Numbered from the stretch's first letter, positions 9,193 through 18,510 are shown. The stretch: 37,351 nt of DNA from Dehalococcoidia bacterium (GCA_963663235.2 CAXXNO010000014.1:1-37351); one strand, 5' to 3'. Notes: a model not told the origin generated them from the sequence alone. Made by a program: numbers and translations.

Positions 9193-9245
9193 GGGGATCA
9201 GCAGGGGATCAGCAGGGTATCAGCAGGGGATCAGCAGGGGAGCAG
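9193..9245 (+). repeat. 11-bp tandem repeat GGGGATCAGCA, about 4.5 copies
   Basis: Units start at 9193, 9204, 9215 (GGGTATCAGCA) and 9226, with a partial unit at 9237. Confidence 0.9.
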
Positions 9246-9298
9246 AAAGCGAAGTGGATGATCAGCGTGCCGGTCCCGTAGCCCGCATCATGCGCGTC

Positions 9299-9312
9299 AG
9301 AACACATGTTCT
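9299..9312. promoter_or_regulatory. LexA/SOS box
   Basis: AGAAC-acat-GTTCT, perfect arms. Confidence 0.75.
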
Positions 9313-9330
9313 CATGCGGCAAGGGCCCTG

Positions 9331-9359
9331 TTGTTAAGCCGCTTATGCTGACGCATAAT
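9331..9359 (+). promoter_or_regulatory. Putative sigma70 promoter overlapped by a palindrome
   Basis: TTGTTA(9331)-17 bp-CATAAT(9354); TTATGC-tgac-GCATAA palindrome at 9343-9358. Confidence 0.5.
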
Positions 9360-9389
9360 TGTCCAGACCGTCGACATCTCCGCCGATCT

Positions 9390-9588
9390 GCTGGTCCCGC
9401 CGGGTAGCGCCGGGCGCTATCCCGTCGGGCGGGGCGCTGCCCCTCGCTCAGGGCCGGCGGCGCCCTTGCCGGCGGGCTTCACCCACTGCTACCCGCGGTA
9501 CCAGCCCCTGGCCCGCCCTCCTCCTGGCCGGAGCGAGCAATGCTTCGGAAGCTTCGGTCGCCCGGGGCTGACTGGATAGCGCCCGACG
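9390..9588 (+). ncRNA. Candidate structured (pseudoknotted) non-coding RNA, family unknown
   Basis: Interleaved long stems 9390-9408/9488-9505 and 9411-9422/9574-9585 plus internal hairpins. No credible ORF. Lies downstream of the putative promoter. Confidence 0.45.
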
Positions 9589-9740
9589 TGGGCACTGCGA
9601 TCTCTTCCGCCCATCCTTGACGTCTTCGTACAGGATGCGACACGGACACCATCAGAGCAGGAATCGGGACGTCTGTGCATCGCACGGAACAGGGACATGA
9701 CGTCATGCCCCTGACCTGCCCCCCAGCTTTGTACCACGTT

Positions 9741-10625
9741 TCAAGTTAGTGCTGGGACGGCTTGCAGCGGCTGGAAGGCTGCGTGCGGCCGCACCTCGAG
9801 GGTGGGTGGGGCGGGGGGCCGGTAGCCGAGGGCGCTGTGGGGCCGCCGCTGGTTGTATTCCCGCCGCCAGCGTTCGATGAGGACTTGGGCCTCGACCAGG
9901 GTGGTGAAGATCTCCCCGTTGAGGCACTCGTCGCGTAGTTTGCCGTTGAAGGACTCGACATAGCCGTTCTCCCAGGGGCTGCCTGGTTGGATGAAGAGGG
10001 TGGTCACGCCGACGCGGGGCAGCCAGGCGCGGACCGCGTGGGCCGTGAACTCCGGGCCGTTATCGGAGCGCAGATAGGCGGGCGGCCCGCGCTCGACGAA
10101 GAGCTGGGTGAGGCAGGCCAGCACGTCATCCGCCCGCAGGCGGCGGGCGACGACGATGGCGAGGCACTCGCGGGTGTACTCGTCCACGATGCAGAGCAGC
10201 CGCAGCGGCCGCCCGTCGTGGGTCCGATCCTGGACGAAGTCGTACGACCAGACGTGGTGGGGGCGGGTGGCCCGCCGCCGCGTGGTTGTGCCGTCCGCCA
10301 ACCACAGCCGCCGGCGCCGTGGCGGCTTCGGGGGCACGCGCAGCCCCTCGCGGCGCCAGCGCCGCTCGACCCGTTTGTGGTTCACGCGCCAGCCCTCGGC
10401 GCGCAGCAGGGCGGTGATGCGACGGTAGCCATAGCGCCCGAAGCGCTGCGCCAAGGCGACGATCCGCGCCACCAGGGCAGGCTCATCCGGGGCCGCCCGC
10501 GCGGGATAGCGTTGCGTGCTCCGTGCTTGCCGCAGGACGCGACACGCCCGACGCTCCGAGACGTCCAGGGCAGTCTGCGCGTGGCGGACTGCCTGGCGCC
10601 GGCGCGCCGGGCTTAGAAGTTTCCC
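9741..10625 (-). CDS. IS3 transposase OrfB (DDE integrase core), probably expressed by -1 frameshift
   Basis: RYGYRRI, WSYDFV, LRSDNGPEF, WENGYVESFNGKLRDE motifs. Slippery heptamer G GGA AAC (10625-10619) is followed by a GC hairpin CCGGCGCGCCGG. Confidence 0.93.
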   Translation of the reverse strand, partial: GKLLSPARRRQAVRHAQTALDVSERRACRVLRQARSTQRYPARAAPDEPALVARIVALAQRFGRYGYRRITALLRAEGWRVNHKRVERRWRREGLRVPPKPPRRRRLWLADGTTTRRRATRPHHVWSYDFVQDRTHDGRPLRLLCIVDEYTRECLAIVVARRLRADDVLACLTQLFVERGPPAYLRSDNGPEFTAHAVRAWLPRVGVTTLFIQPGSPWENGYVESFNGKLRDECLNGEIFTTLVEAQVLIERWRREYNQRRPHSALGYRPPAPPTLEVRPHAAFQPLQAVPALT

Positions 10626-10891
10626 GAGGCCACTTCCTTCAAGATCGCGTTGTCCAGCGCCTGATCCGCCACCAGTCGCCGCAGGCGCTGGTTCTCCTTC
10701 TCCAGCTCCTTCAGCCGCTTCGCCTGGTTGACCTGTAGTCCGCCGTACTCCCGCCGCCAGCGGTAGGAGGTCTGTTCGGCGATGCTGAGCCGCCGCGCGA
10801 CCTTCGCCACGCTGTCCCCCTGGGCCAGGGCGACCTCCGCCTCCCGCAGCTTCGCAATGATCTGCTCCGCCGTGTAGCGCTTCCGTGCCAT
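10613..10891 (-). CDS. IS3 transposase OrfA (HTH)
   Basis: MARKRYTAEQII.KLREAE...EQT.YRWRREYGG....AKRLKELEKEN.RL...VAD..LD..ILKE. Confidence 0.93.
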   Translation of the reverse strand: MARKRYTAEQIIAKLREAEVALAQGDSVAKVARRLSIAEQTSYRWRREYGGLQVNQAKRLKELEKENQRLRRLVADQALDNAILKEVASGNF

Positions 10892-11158
10892 ACCTGCTCC
10901 CTTCGCGACCCCGATCCTCGCATGGGACCTGGATCAGTTCTCGGGGGGCAGGTCAGTTCCCCCTGGTATTCTCGGAGTGCGCATAGAGCGTCACAGTGAC
11001 CGCTTCCCTCTCGGCACCTCGCTCCCAGGTGGGCGACCGGGCCGTTCGGGCAGTCTACCGCTAGAACGTCAGCGTGAACCTCAGAACGAGGGAGGGCGTC
11101 CTGGGCGATGGCGCGCAGGTCCAGGTTGCTGAGGTTCTGGGGGTCGGGCATGCGTCGG

Positions 11159-11340
11159 TCAGGCGGGGGCGTCGGCGACCGCGGACTCGAATGCGCTGAG
11201 GAAAAGGTCGGCGTGTTCTTGTTCGAAAATGAGCGGCGGGCGCAGCTTGAGGACGTTGCCGTTTTCGCCTGCGCGGCCGAGCAGAAAGCCGGCGTGGCGG
11301 AGGCGGTTGACGATGACGTCGGCGCCGTCTGGGTCGGGAC
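11159..11340 (-). pseudogene. Class III aminotransferase C-terminal fragment
   Basis: IVNRLRHAGFLLGRAGENGNVLKLRPPLIF...HADLFL. Confidence 0.75.
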
Positions 11341-11754
11341 TACTACGCCACAACCAAGGTGTTCTCCTCCTGGTGGAGCGCCGCCCTGGCGCGCCAGTAC
11401 GGAGACCGCCTCTCGGCCTTCACGGTCTCGCCGGGCGCGAACATGAAGACCAACGCGGGGCGCCATGTGACCGGGATCAAGGGCTTCATGTTCACCAAGG
11501 TGATGCCGGCCATCGGCGGTCCGCTGGGGATGCACATGCCGACCTCGCAAGGCGCGAAGCGCTACATCGATGTCCTGCTGGATGAGAGCGGCGAGTTCGA
11601 GAACGGCGCGACCTATACCTCCGCGCCGAAGAAGATGGTCGGGCCGCTGCACAAGGCCAGCTACCCGCACCTGCTCGACGAAGAGCGGCAGGATACGGCC
11701 TGGCAGGTGCTGAGTGAGCTGACCGGGACCGCCGAGCCGGCGGGAGCGGGGTAG
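11341..11754 (+). pseudogene. Short-chain dehydrogenase/reductase C-terminal fragment
   Basis: Starts at the catalytic YATTK motif; TVSPG, ...AWQVLSELTG. The Rossmann fold is missing. Confidence 0.7.
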
Positions 11755-11770
11755 GACCACTACCCCTCTC

Positions 11771-11820
11771 CCGGACTGGGATTCGAACCCCGAACCGACG
11801 GACTCAAAAGTCCGCTGCCC
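11771..11820 (-). other. Degenerate tRNA-Lys(UUU) 3'-half remnant (att-like scar)
   Basis: Reverse complement GGGCAGCGGACTTTTGAGTCCGTCGGTTCGGGGTTCGAATCCCAGTCCGG has an anticodon stem-loop and T-loop GTTCGAATC. No 5' half. Resembles 34795-34847. Confidence 0.65.
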
Positions 11821-12066
11821 GTCCGAGGGCGCGCACCGCGCCGCCCCAGGTGAAGTGGTTCGCCTCCGCGGTCATCCCCGTGGCGACCGAGGTCTCACTC
11901 CAGCTGTCCCTGGGAATCGTCGAAGGTCTTGCGCGAGATCCCGTTGGCGGAGTCGTCCCAGTAGATCGCGATCGCGTCGCGCGAGTCGGCCGCCGTGCCG
12001 GGGAAAAGCGGGATCGCGAAACGGCGCACGCCGAGTTACGATCGATCCGCCCGCGTGCGGGTGCGC

Positions 12067-13701
12067 TTAGACCGTGTCCCCCTCCGCCACCAGCACGCTC
12101 ACGATCGTGCCCTGGATCGGCGCCGGCAGGCCGATGGAGCCATCCGGTCCCTGCAGATCGGCGGACTCCGTTGCGGTCGCCCCGTGCGACTCCTTCACTG
12201 CACGGTCGTGCGCGAACAACCCCAGCGGGTCCGCCGTGCCCACTTGGGCCCCAGCGAAGCCACCCCCACTGGGCCCCTCCGTCGCCACGAAACGACGCGG
12301 GTGCCCCCCCTCGTCGACCAGCTCTGCGATCCGCTCCTCCACGAAGCGCGTCTCGATCCGCCCCGCCACGAAGTCCGGGTGCGCCAGGACGTTCTGCAAG
12401 AAGCCGACGTTCGTTGCCACCCCTTCGATGCGGAACTCGCTCAACGCCCGCGACGTGCGTCGCACGGCGTCGGCGAAGTCCGCGGTCGGCGCGTGTCCGA
12501 TCACTTTCGCCAGCAGCGAGTCGAAAGCCGGGTTGGTCGTGTAGCCCGTGTAGCCGTAGGTGTCGGTCCGCACCCCCGGGCCCGTGGGCGGCTCGAACGC
12601 CGTCAGCGTGCCGCCGCCGGGCCGCGTCTGGCCGTCGGCGCTCAGGGTCTCCATGTTCACCCGCGCCTGGATCGCGTAGCCGCGGGCGGGTGGGATCTGA
12701 TCTTGGGTCAGCCCCAGCTCTGACAGCGTCGCGCCGCCCGCGATGCGCAACTGCGCCTGCACCAAGTCAACGCCGGTCACGGCCTCGGTCACGGTGTGCT
12801 CCACCTGCAGCCGGGCGTTCGTCTCAATGAAGTAGAAGGCGGCATCATCGCCCTGATCGGCGGCGTCGACCAAGAACTCGACCGTGCCCAGGCTCTCGTA
12901 CCCGCTCGCGACGGCCAGCCGCTGCGCCGCCGCGAGCAGTCGCGTCCGCAGTCCCGCCGCCAGACCCGGCGCCGGAGCGACCTCCAGCAGCTTCTGATAG
13001 CGCCGCTGCACGCTGCACTCGCGCTCCCCAAAATCGACGACGTCCGTGCCATCGCCCAGCATCTGCACCTCGACATGCCGCGCCCGCTCGAGCAGCTGCT
13101 CCACGTACAAGGAGCCATCCCCAAACGCGCCCTCTGCCTCCGAACGGCAGCGTTCGAACGTTGCGCTGATCGCGTCCGCGCTGTGCACCGCTCGCGTGCC
13201 CCGGCCGCCGCCGCCCGCGACCGCTTTGATCATCATCGCCGCGCCGTCCGGCAGGCTGGCGAAAAACGCCTCCGCCTCTTCGACGCTGGTCGGTCCGTCC
13301 GTCCCCGCCAGCACCGGCACGCCCTCCGCCGCCGCCAGTTGCCGCGCTTGCACCTTGTCGCCGAACAGCGCCAGCGCGTCCACGCTCGGCCCCACGAAGG
13401 TCAGCCCGGCTTCGGCGCATTGGCGGGCGAAGTCGGCGCTCTCGGCGAGAAAGCCGTAACCCGGGTGCACGGCGTCGGCACCCGATTCCCGGGCCCGTTC
13501 GATGATCTGGGCCCCGTCGAGGTAGGCCGCCACGCCGCGCCCCTCCAGCGCGATCGCCTCGTCCCCCTGGGCCACGTGCAGCGACGCGGCGTCGTCCGCC
13601 GAGTGAATCGCCACCGTCGCGATGCCCAGGTCCGCCGCTGCCCGGAGCACGCGAATCGCGATCTCGCCCCGGTTCGCCACTACCAGCTTGGTTACGCTCA
13701 T
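12067..13701 (-). pseudogene. Biotin carboxylase of a multidomain acyl-CoA carboxylase, truncated at the start of the biotinyl domain
   Basis: VANRGEIA, HPGYGFLAES, KAVAGGGGRG, RECSVQRRYQK, ETNARLQVEHTVTE, FDSLLAK. Ends APIQGTIVSVLVAEGDTV* before the MKM biotinylation site. Confidence 0.85.
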
Positions 13702-13829
13702 CGATTCCTCCCGGCGACTATTCCTACATGGCTGATCTTCCGCCGCCCTCTGGAGGGCTCTGATCGAGCGCGTCTCTTGGATTCCGGGTATGGCGGAGCC
13801 TGAACGGCTCCGAGCTGAGCGAGCAACTG

Positions 13830-14125
13830 ATGAGCCAGCACACAGGCCACCGGGCCGAGCTGAACCGCGCTTCCTGCGCCAACATCATTCTTGCCTCGCT
13901 GCCCTCGTCCGCCCGGCTGACCCTGCTCCGGAACGCGAAGCTGATCCGTCTCGAGCAAGGCTTGGTGGTCTACGGCCAGGGCGCCAGCAACCCGGACGTC
14001 CTTTTCCCAATCAGCGGGCTGCTCAGCGGGATCGACGCCGGTGCCAACGGTGCCCCGCTCGCCACCGCGTTTCGGGGCCGGGAAGGCGCCTACGGTGCGA
14101 TGATGGCCGCCAACGGTCCCCGCGC
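13830..14125 (+). pseudogene. Crp/Fnr-family regulator N-terminal (cNMP-binding) fragment
   Basis: N.ILASLP....L......I.LEQG.V.Y..G.....V.FP.SGL.S......G.......GREG..G. No HTH. Confidence 0.6.
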
Positions 14126-14229
14126 CGTCGACGCGGCGCATGAGGTGGTCTGCGAGCGGCGCCTGACAGTCTGGCTGCCCATGGCCGCGGGGACGCTGGA
14201 GTTCACCGAATGCGGGCGTCAACTCCCTG

Positions 14230-15441
14230 TCACGAGAGCGAGGGGCTCGCGATAAGGCCCTCGTCATCATCGTCCGGGTCCAGCGTGCCGATCGAGGCGG
14301 CGAGGTCGTCGGCGCCGACCGGCAGCGCGGACACCACCGCCTCGCTGGTCATCGCCGGGCGTGCGCTCGCGGGCAGCGGCGTATCGAACTGGTAGCCCGG
14401 CTGCGTACGTTGCCGTTTGCCGATGGCGCGCATCTCCCGCCAAGCGCCCAGGAGCGACCGGGGCTCTGGAAGATCGTCGGCGATCTCCTCGCGCAGGCGC
14501 TTGAGGCGGTAACAGGGCACGCCGGCGAACATGTGGTGCTCAATGTGCCATTCCATGTGCCAGTAAAAAAACGAAGTGATCGGATCGAGACGGACGGAGC
14601 GGCCTGAGAGGCGAAAGTCGGGCACGTTGTCTCGCAGCCCGGAGTGCTGCGTGCTGGTCACGCTGTACTTCCACCAGTTGCCCACGAAGACGGCGCCGCT
14701 CAACACGATCGACAGCCACCACAGCTGGAAGACGATCGAGACCACCAGCACCGTCCCGTGAAAGACGAGCAGGAATCGCGCCCAGCGCACCGCCGCGCGG
14801 TACGTCTCCGGGTGCACGTCGGACAGGGCGGCGGTCCACTGCGTCGCCCCTTGCCCGCCAATGCTGCACACCTGATTCATATCGAAGCGCGCGGCCGCCA
14901 TGCGGATCGTGGACCGCAGCACCCGGATCATGCCGCGGACGTTGATCGTTAGCATCTCCAGCAGCACGAGCGGGTGCAGGGAAGGGTCGCGGGGCAAGCA
15001 CACCTCGCGGTCGCCGTCCGGGAAGAGCGTGTAGCGATGGTGGAACGCATGGCTCATCCGTGCCTCGTTGTAGTTTTGCCAGGCTGGCACACTCATCAGC
15101 CGCATGAACGCCCGATTCAGCATCGGGGTTCGGAAGACGGTGCCGTGCTGGAGCTCGTGCATCGCCGCGCCCGGGATGAACGCAGCAACGGACCCCATCG
15201 CCCAGAGCGCTACGCCGAAGACCGCCCACCAGCCCTGCTCAAACGCGACCGCCGTCAGCGCGCCCAGGCCGACGACGAGCCCGAGATGCCCGAGCGTCTG
15301 GATAAAGCCGCGGCGGTCGCTGCGCTCCATCAGTGCCCACAAGGTGGGCTTGTCGATCGGCGAGCGATACCACTTGATGCGCAGGCTCTTGCGCACCTCG
15401 CTGAGCGGCTCCCAGGTGCGAGCCGAGGTGGCTGTGGACAT
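14230..15441 (-). CDS. Fatty acid desaturase-family membrane di-iron enzyme
   Basis: His boxes HELQH, HAFHH, QH and HIEHH; TM segments; RBS GGGGGTGA; 37 bp downstream of the arylsulfatase. Confidence 0.9.
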   Translation of the reverse strand: MSTATSARTWEPLSEVRKSLRIKWYRSPIDKPTLWALMERSDRRGFIQTLGHLGLVVGLGALTAVAFEQGWWAVFGVALWAMGSVAAFIPGAAMHELQHGTVFRTPMLNRAFMRLMSVPAWQNYNEARMSHAFHHRYTLFPDGDREVCLPRDPSLHPLVLLEMLTINVRGMIRVLRSTIRMAAARFDMNQVCSIGGQGATQWTAALSDVHPETYRAAVRWARFLLVFHGTVLVVSIVFQLWWLSIVLSGAVFVGNWWKYSVTSTQHSGLRDNVPDFRLSGRSVRLDPITSFFYWHMEWHIEHHMFAGVPCYRLKRLREEIADDLPEPRSLLGAWREMRAIGKRQRTQPGYQFDTPLPASARPAMTSEAVVSALPVGADDLAASIGTLDPDDDDEGLIASPSLS

Positions 15442-15478
15442 ATCGATTCACCCCCTTGCCGCGGAGTCCGCGGGCGAG

Positions 15479-17797
15479 CTAATTCGCCGTGCTCTGGTCC
15501 TTGATTGAGCCGGGAGCGCTGCCGCCGCCGGGATATGGCTGGATCTCCAGGTCCACAGAGTGGATAGTTCCTGTGAACGGGAACGGCGCGGCATAGCCGT
15601 TGGCGACGGGCGAAAGCCGGTCGAAACCGATGTCCGCCCCACCCCGCCCCACGCCGCCCACCAGCGATGGAATCTTGGTCCTGCCCGCCTCTTCCCCGGC
15701 CACCGTGAGGACGATCGTCCCGGCGCCGTCCCCGCGGTCGGCCTCCAGGCGAGCGCCCACCTGGACGCGGCCGGCAGGAAGCTCCGTCGTGGAATCCGCG
15801 ATCGTGACCTTCGTCATGGCGTTGTAAGCGACGTGCAGCCGATTGTCCTGCACATAGACCGAGATGCCGCCGTTCATCGATCCGACGGCGAAGATTACGC
15901 CCTCCGTCTCGCTGCCCGCGCGCTCGACGTCGGCCATCAGGGCCCACTCGCCCATCCCGAGCGGCGGAGCGACGCCGGACGGCATGTGTGAGATCGGTGG
16001 CGTCCAGTGGTAGCGCAGCTGCTCATGCAGCCCTCCAGGCCGCTTGCTGGGCCCTCTGAGTACCCACGTGCGGTCGTCCAGCGGAAGCACGCCGTTGCGC
16101 CCGGCCTCCACCCACCAGCGGTCGATGAGCTCGCGCAGGCGCTCCGGCTCCGCCTCGGAAAGGTTGTGCACCTCCGAGAAGTCCTCGTCGACGTGGTACA
16201 GCTCCCACTCTTCGTCGCTGAAGGGTGTTGTCGGGATGTGGCGAGTGACCGCCTTCCATCCGTCGGCCCAGATGCCGCGATGCCCGACGCATTCGAAGTA
16301 CTGCACGGGCTTCTTCGAGGCGTCGTCGCTCGCATCGATAACGTAGGCGAAACTGGTCCCGGTGACCGGCATCTGTGAGAGACCGCGGTAGTCGTCGGGT
16401 GCCGCGAGGCCGGTCATCTCCAGCACCGTCGGCAGCACGTCGCTCACGTGGTGAAACTGGTGCCGGATGCCCGCCGCCGCGATTCGATCCGGCCAGTGCA
16501 GGATCAGCGGCACACGCACGCCGCCCCCGTGCACGTCCTGCTTGTACCAGCGCAATGGGGTGTTGCCGACCTGCGCCCAGCCCCAAGGGATATCCGTGTA
16601 GCTCTGGGGGCCGCCGATCTTGTCAAGGTCCACCGCGTCCACATCGTCGACGACGAGCGTGCGGGGATTGGCGGGATCGGTCTCGGCAACCATGCGGCCG
16701 TCGTTGGAGGCGCTGCGCTCGCTGCTCATCCCGGCATGCATCACGCCGGTCGGGCCAGCCGCCTGGCTGGTGCCGTTGTCGGCGGTGAGGACCAGGATCG
16801 TGTTGTCCAGCTCGCCGGCCTCCTCCAGGTAGCGGATCAAGCGGCCGATCTGCGCGTCGGTGTGTTCGAGGAAGCCAGCGAACGCTTCCTGCAGTCGCAA
16901 CCCGAACCGCTGCTCGCTCTTCGGGACATCGTCCCAGGGGAGCACGCCCGGATTGCGTGGGGACAGCTCCGCGCCGGGCGGGAGAATGCCGCTTGCCTGC
17001 TCGCGCTCGTAGTAGGTCTGGCGCACCGCGTCCCAGCCAGCGTCGAAGTGACCGCGATACTTGTCGATGTATTCTGGGGGTGCCTGATGCGGCTCGTGCA
17101 TCGCGCCCGGCGAAAAATACATGAAGAACGGTTGCCGGGGCCGGTTCGACTGCTTGTCGCGCAGGAAGCCGATCGCGTGATCGACCAAGTCCTCCGTCAC
17201 ATGGTAGCCGTCCTCCGGCCGTGCCGGCGGATCGACGTGATGGTTGTCGTAGGTCAGTTCTGGATAGAACTGGTCTGTTGCGCCGGGAAGGAAGCCGTAG
17301 TAGCGGTCGAAGCCACGCTGCAGTGGCCAGTCGTCGTAGGGGCCGGCGGCGGAGTTCTCCTCCGACGGGTTGAGATGCCACTTGCCCAGGGCGAAGGTGG
17401 CGTAACCTTCCTGCTGCAGCATCTCCGCCAGCGTGGCAGCGTGGCGGCTGACCGAGCCGCGCATATTAGGGAAGCCGCCGTCGTGGTAGTTCGCGACGGT
17501 GCGCATGCCGACCGCGTGGTGATTGCGCCCGGTCAGCAGCGACGCTCGTGTGGGCGAGCACAACGGCGTGACGTGGAAGTTCGAGAAGCGCAGGCCTTTG
17601 GCCGCGAGCGCGTCGATGTTCGGCGTGTCGATTGTGGAGCCATAGCAGCCGAGCTGGGCGAAACCCGTGTCGTCGAAGAGGATGACGACCACGTTGGGCC
17701 TGGGCCCGTGCGCGTCTTCGGGGAGAAGCGGCCACCAGGGATCGGAGTCCTGATAGGTCCGCCCGATCCGGCCCCCGAACCGTTCACTGGACGCCAT
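15479..17797 (-). CDS. Arylsulfatase (Cys-type formylglycine sulfatase) with C-terminal beta-sandwich domain
   Basis: PNVV.IL.DD.G, LCSPTRASLLTGR, GKWHL, DNG, GGVRVPLI; no signal peptide; 772 aa. Confidence 0.95.
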   Translation of the reverse strand: MASSERFGGRIGRTYQDSDPWWPLLPEDAHGPRPNVVVILFDDTGFAQLGCYGSTIDTPNIDALAAKGLRFSNFHVTPLCSPTRASLLTGRNHHAVGMRTVANYHDGGFPNMRGSVSRHAATLAEMLQQEGYATFALGKWHLNPSEENSAAGPYDDWPLQRGFDRYYGFLPGATDQFYPELTYDNHHVDPPARPEDGYHVTEDLVDHAIGFLRDKQSNRPRQPFFMYFSPGAMHEPHQAPPEYIDKYRGHFDAGWDAVRQTYYEREQASGILPPGAELSPRNPGVLPWDDVPKSEQRFGLRLQEAFAGFLEHTDAQIGRLIRYLEEAGELDNTILVLTADNGTSQAAGPTGVMHAGMSSERSASNDGRMVAETDPANPRTLVVDDVDAVDLDKIGGPQSYTDIPWGWAQVGNTPLRWYKQDVHGGGVRVPLILHWPDRIAAAGIRHQFHHVSDVLPTVLEMTGLAAPDDYRGLSQMPVTGTSFAYVIDASDDASKKPVQYFECVGHRGIWADGWKAVTRHIPTTPFSDEEWELYHVDEDFSEVHNLSEAEPERLRELIDRWWVEAGRNGVLPLDDRTWVLRGPSKRPGGLHEQLRYHWTPPISHMPSGVAPPLGMGEWALMADVERAGSETEGVIFAVGSMNGGISVYVQDNRLHVAYNAMTKVTIADSTTELPAGRVQVGARLEADRGDGAGTIVLTVAGEEAGRTKIPSLVGGVGRGGADIGFDRLSPVANGYAAPFPFTGTIHSVDLEIQPYPGGGSAPGSIKDQSTAN

Positions 17798-17998
17798 CGT
17801 GCTCCCTTAGTCGCGACGTGGTGATCGCATTGCGGCCGCCGATGCGCTCCGCCACGTTCCCTATGCTTGGCCGAATGGTAGAGATCCAAGAAACCTGGTG
17901 AAAAGCGAAGTAAGCCGGCAAGAAAGGAATCGCATTTTGACCGCGTTGCCCTGCTGCGCGAGCAGCTGCGCGGGAAGGTCGTCTTTCTGAGCTGTTGT

Positions 17999-18044
17999 CG
18001 GATCGGGAGATGGGACTCGAATCCGCGACCCTCTGCTTGGGAAG
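17999..18044 (-). other. tRNA-Gly(CCC) 3'-half remnant (att-like) next to an integrase remnant
   Basis: Reverse complement CTTCCCAAGCAGAGGGTCGCGGATTCGAGTCCCATCTCCCGATCCG has anticodon loop TTCCCAA, T-arm and acceptor 3' strand. Confidence 0.7.
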
Positions 18045-18052
18045 TCGGAGGG

Positions 18053-18510
18053 TCAACCGGAAGAGACGCCGAGTTTCGCTATTGAGCTCCGCGAACCCAT
18101 TAGGCGCGCGGCGGGACTGAACGCGGCGTGCGCGTCCGCCGCCTTCGCCGCGTCGTAGGTGGCCGAGTAGCGCCGCACCATCGCGGAGGTGGAGTGGCCC
18201 AGCAGGTATTTCACATCCAGCTCGCGGGCATGGTTCTCGATCGCCCAGGTGGCGCAAGTGTGGCGGAAGCGATGCGGGTTGGCGTGCACGCCAGCCCGCC
18301 GACCGAGCCGCGCGAAGGGGGTGCCCAGGAGGTACTTGTTCATCGGCCGCCGCGGCTCCCCCCAGCGTGAGATGGTCAGAGACCGCGACCCGGCGTCCTC
18401 CCCCACGGAACCCCTCGACGTACTTGCGGAACGCCGCTTCCGGCCCGTCCCCGAATGGCACGACCCGTTGCTTGCGCCTGTGCGGTGTCTTTCTTCGATC
18501 CGCACCCCGT
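18053..18510 (-). pseudogene. Tyrosine integrase C-terminal fragment, frameshifted
   Basis: G.KQRVVPFG in one frame, then NPHRFRHTCATWAI...YLLGHST.AMVRRY (HxxR, H, Y) in another. Confidence 0.85.

Larger units (their letters stand above)
9712..10955 (-). mobile_element. Full-length IS3-family insertion sequence (1244 bp)
   Basis: Terminal inverted repeats TGACCTGCCCCCC...GGGGGGCAGGTCA; orfA and orfB overlap in -1 frame. No flanking direct repeat visible. Confidence 0.95.

Noticed and set aside
9193-9245. Possible CRISPR array
   Set aside because: 11-bp units are contiguous with no spacers, and no cas genes are present.
9505-9575. HDV-like ribozyme suggested by CCTCCT
   Set aside because: Could not assemble the nested P1/P1.1/P2/P3 pairing or the J4/2 motif by eye.
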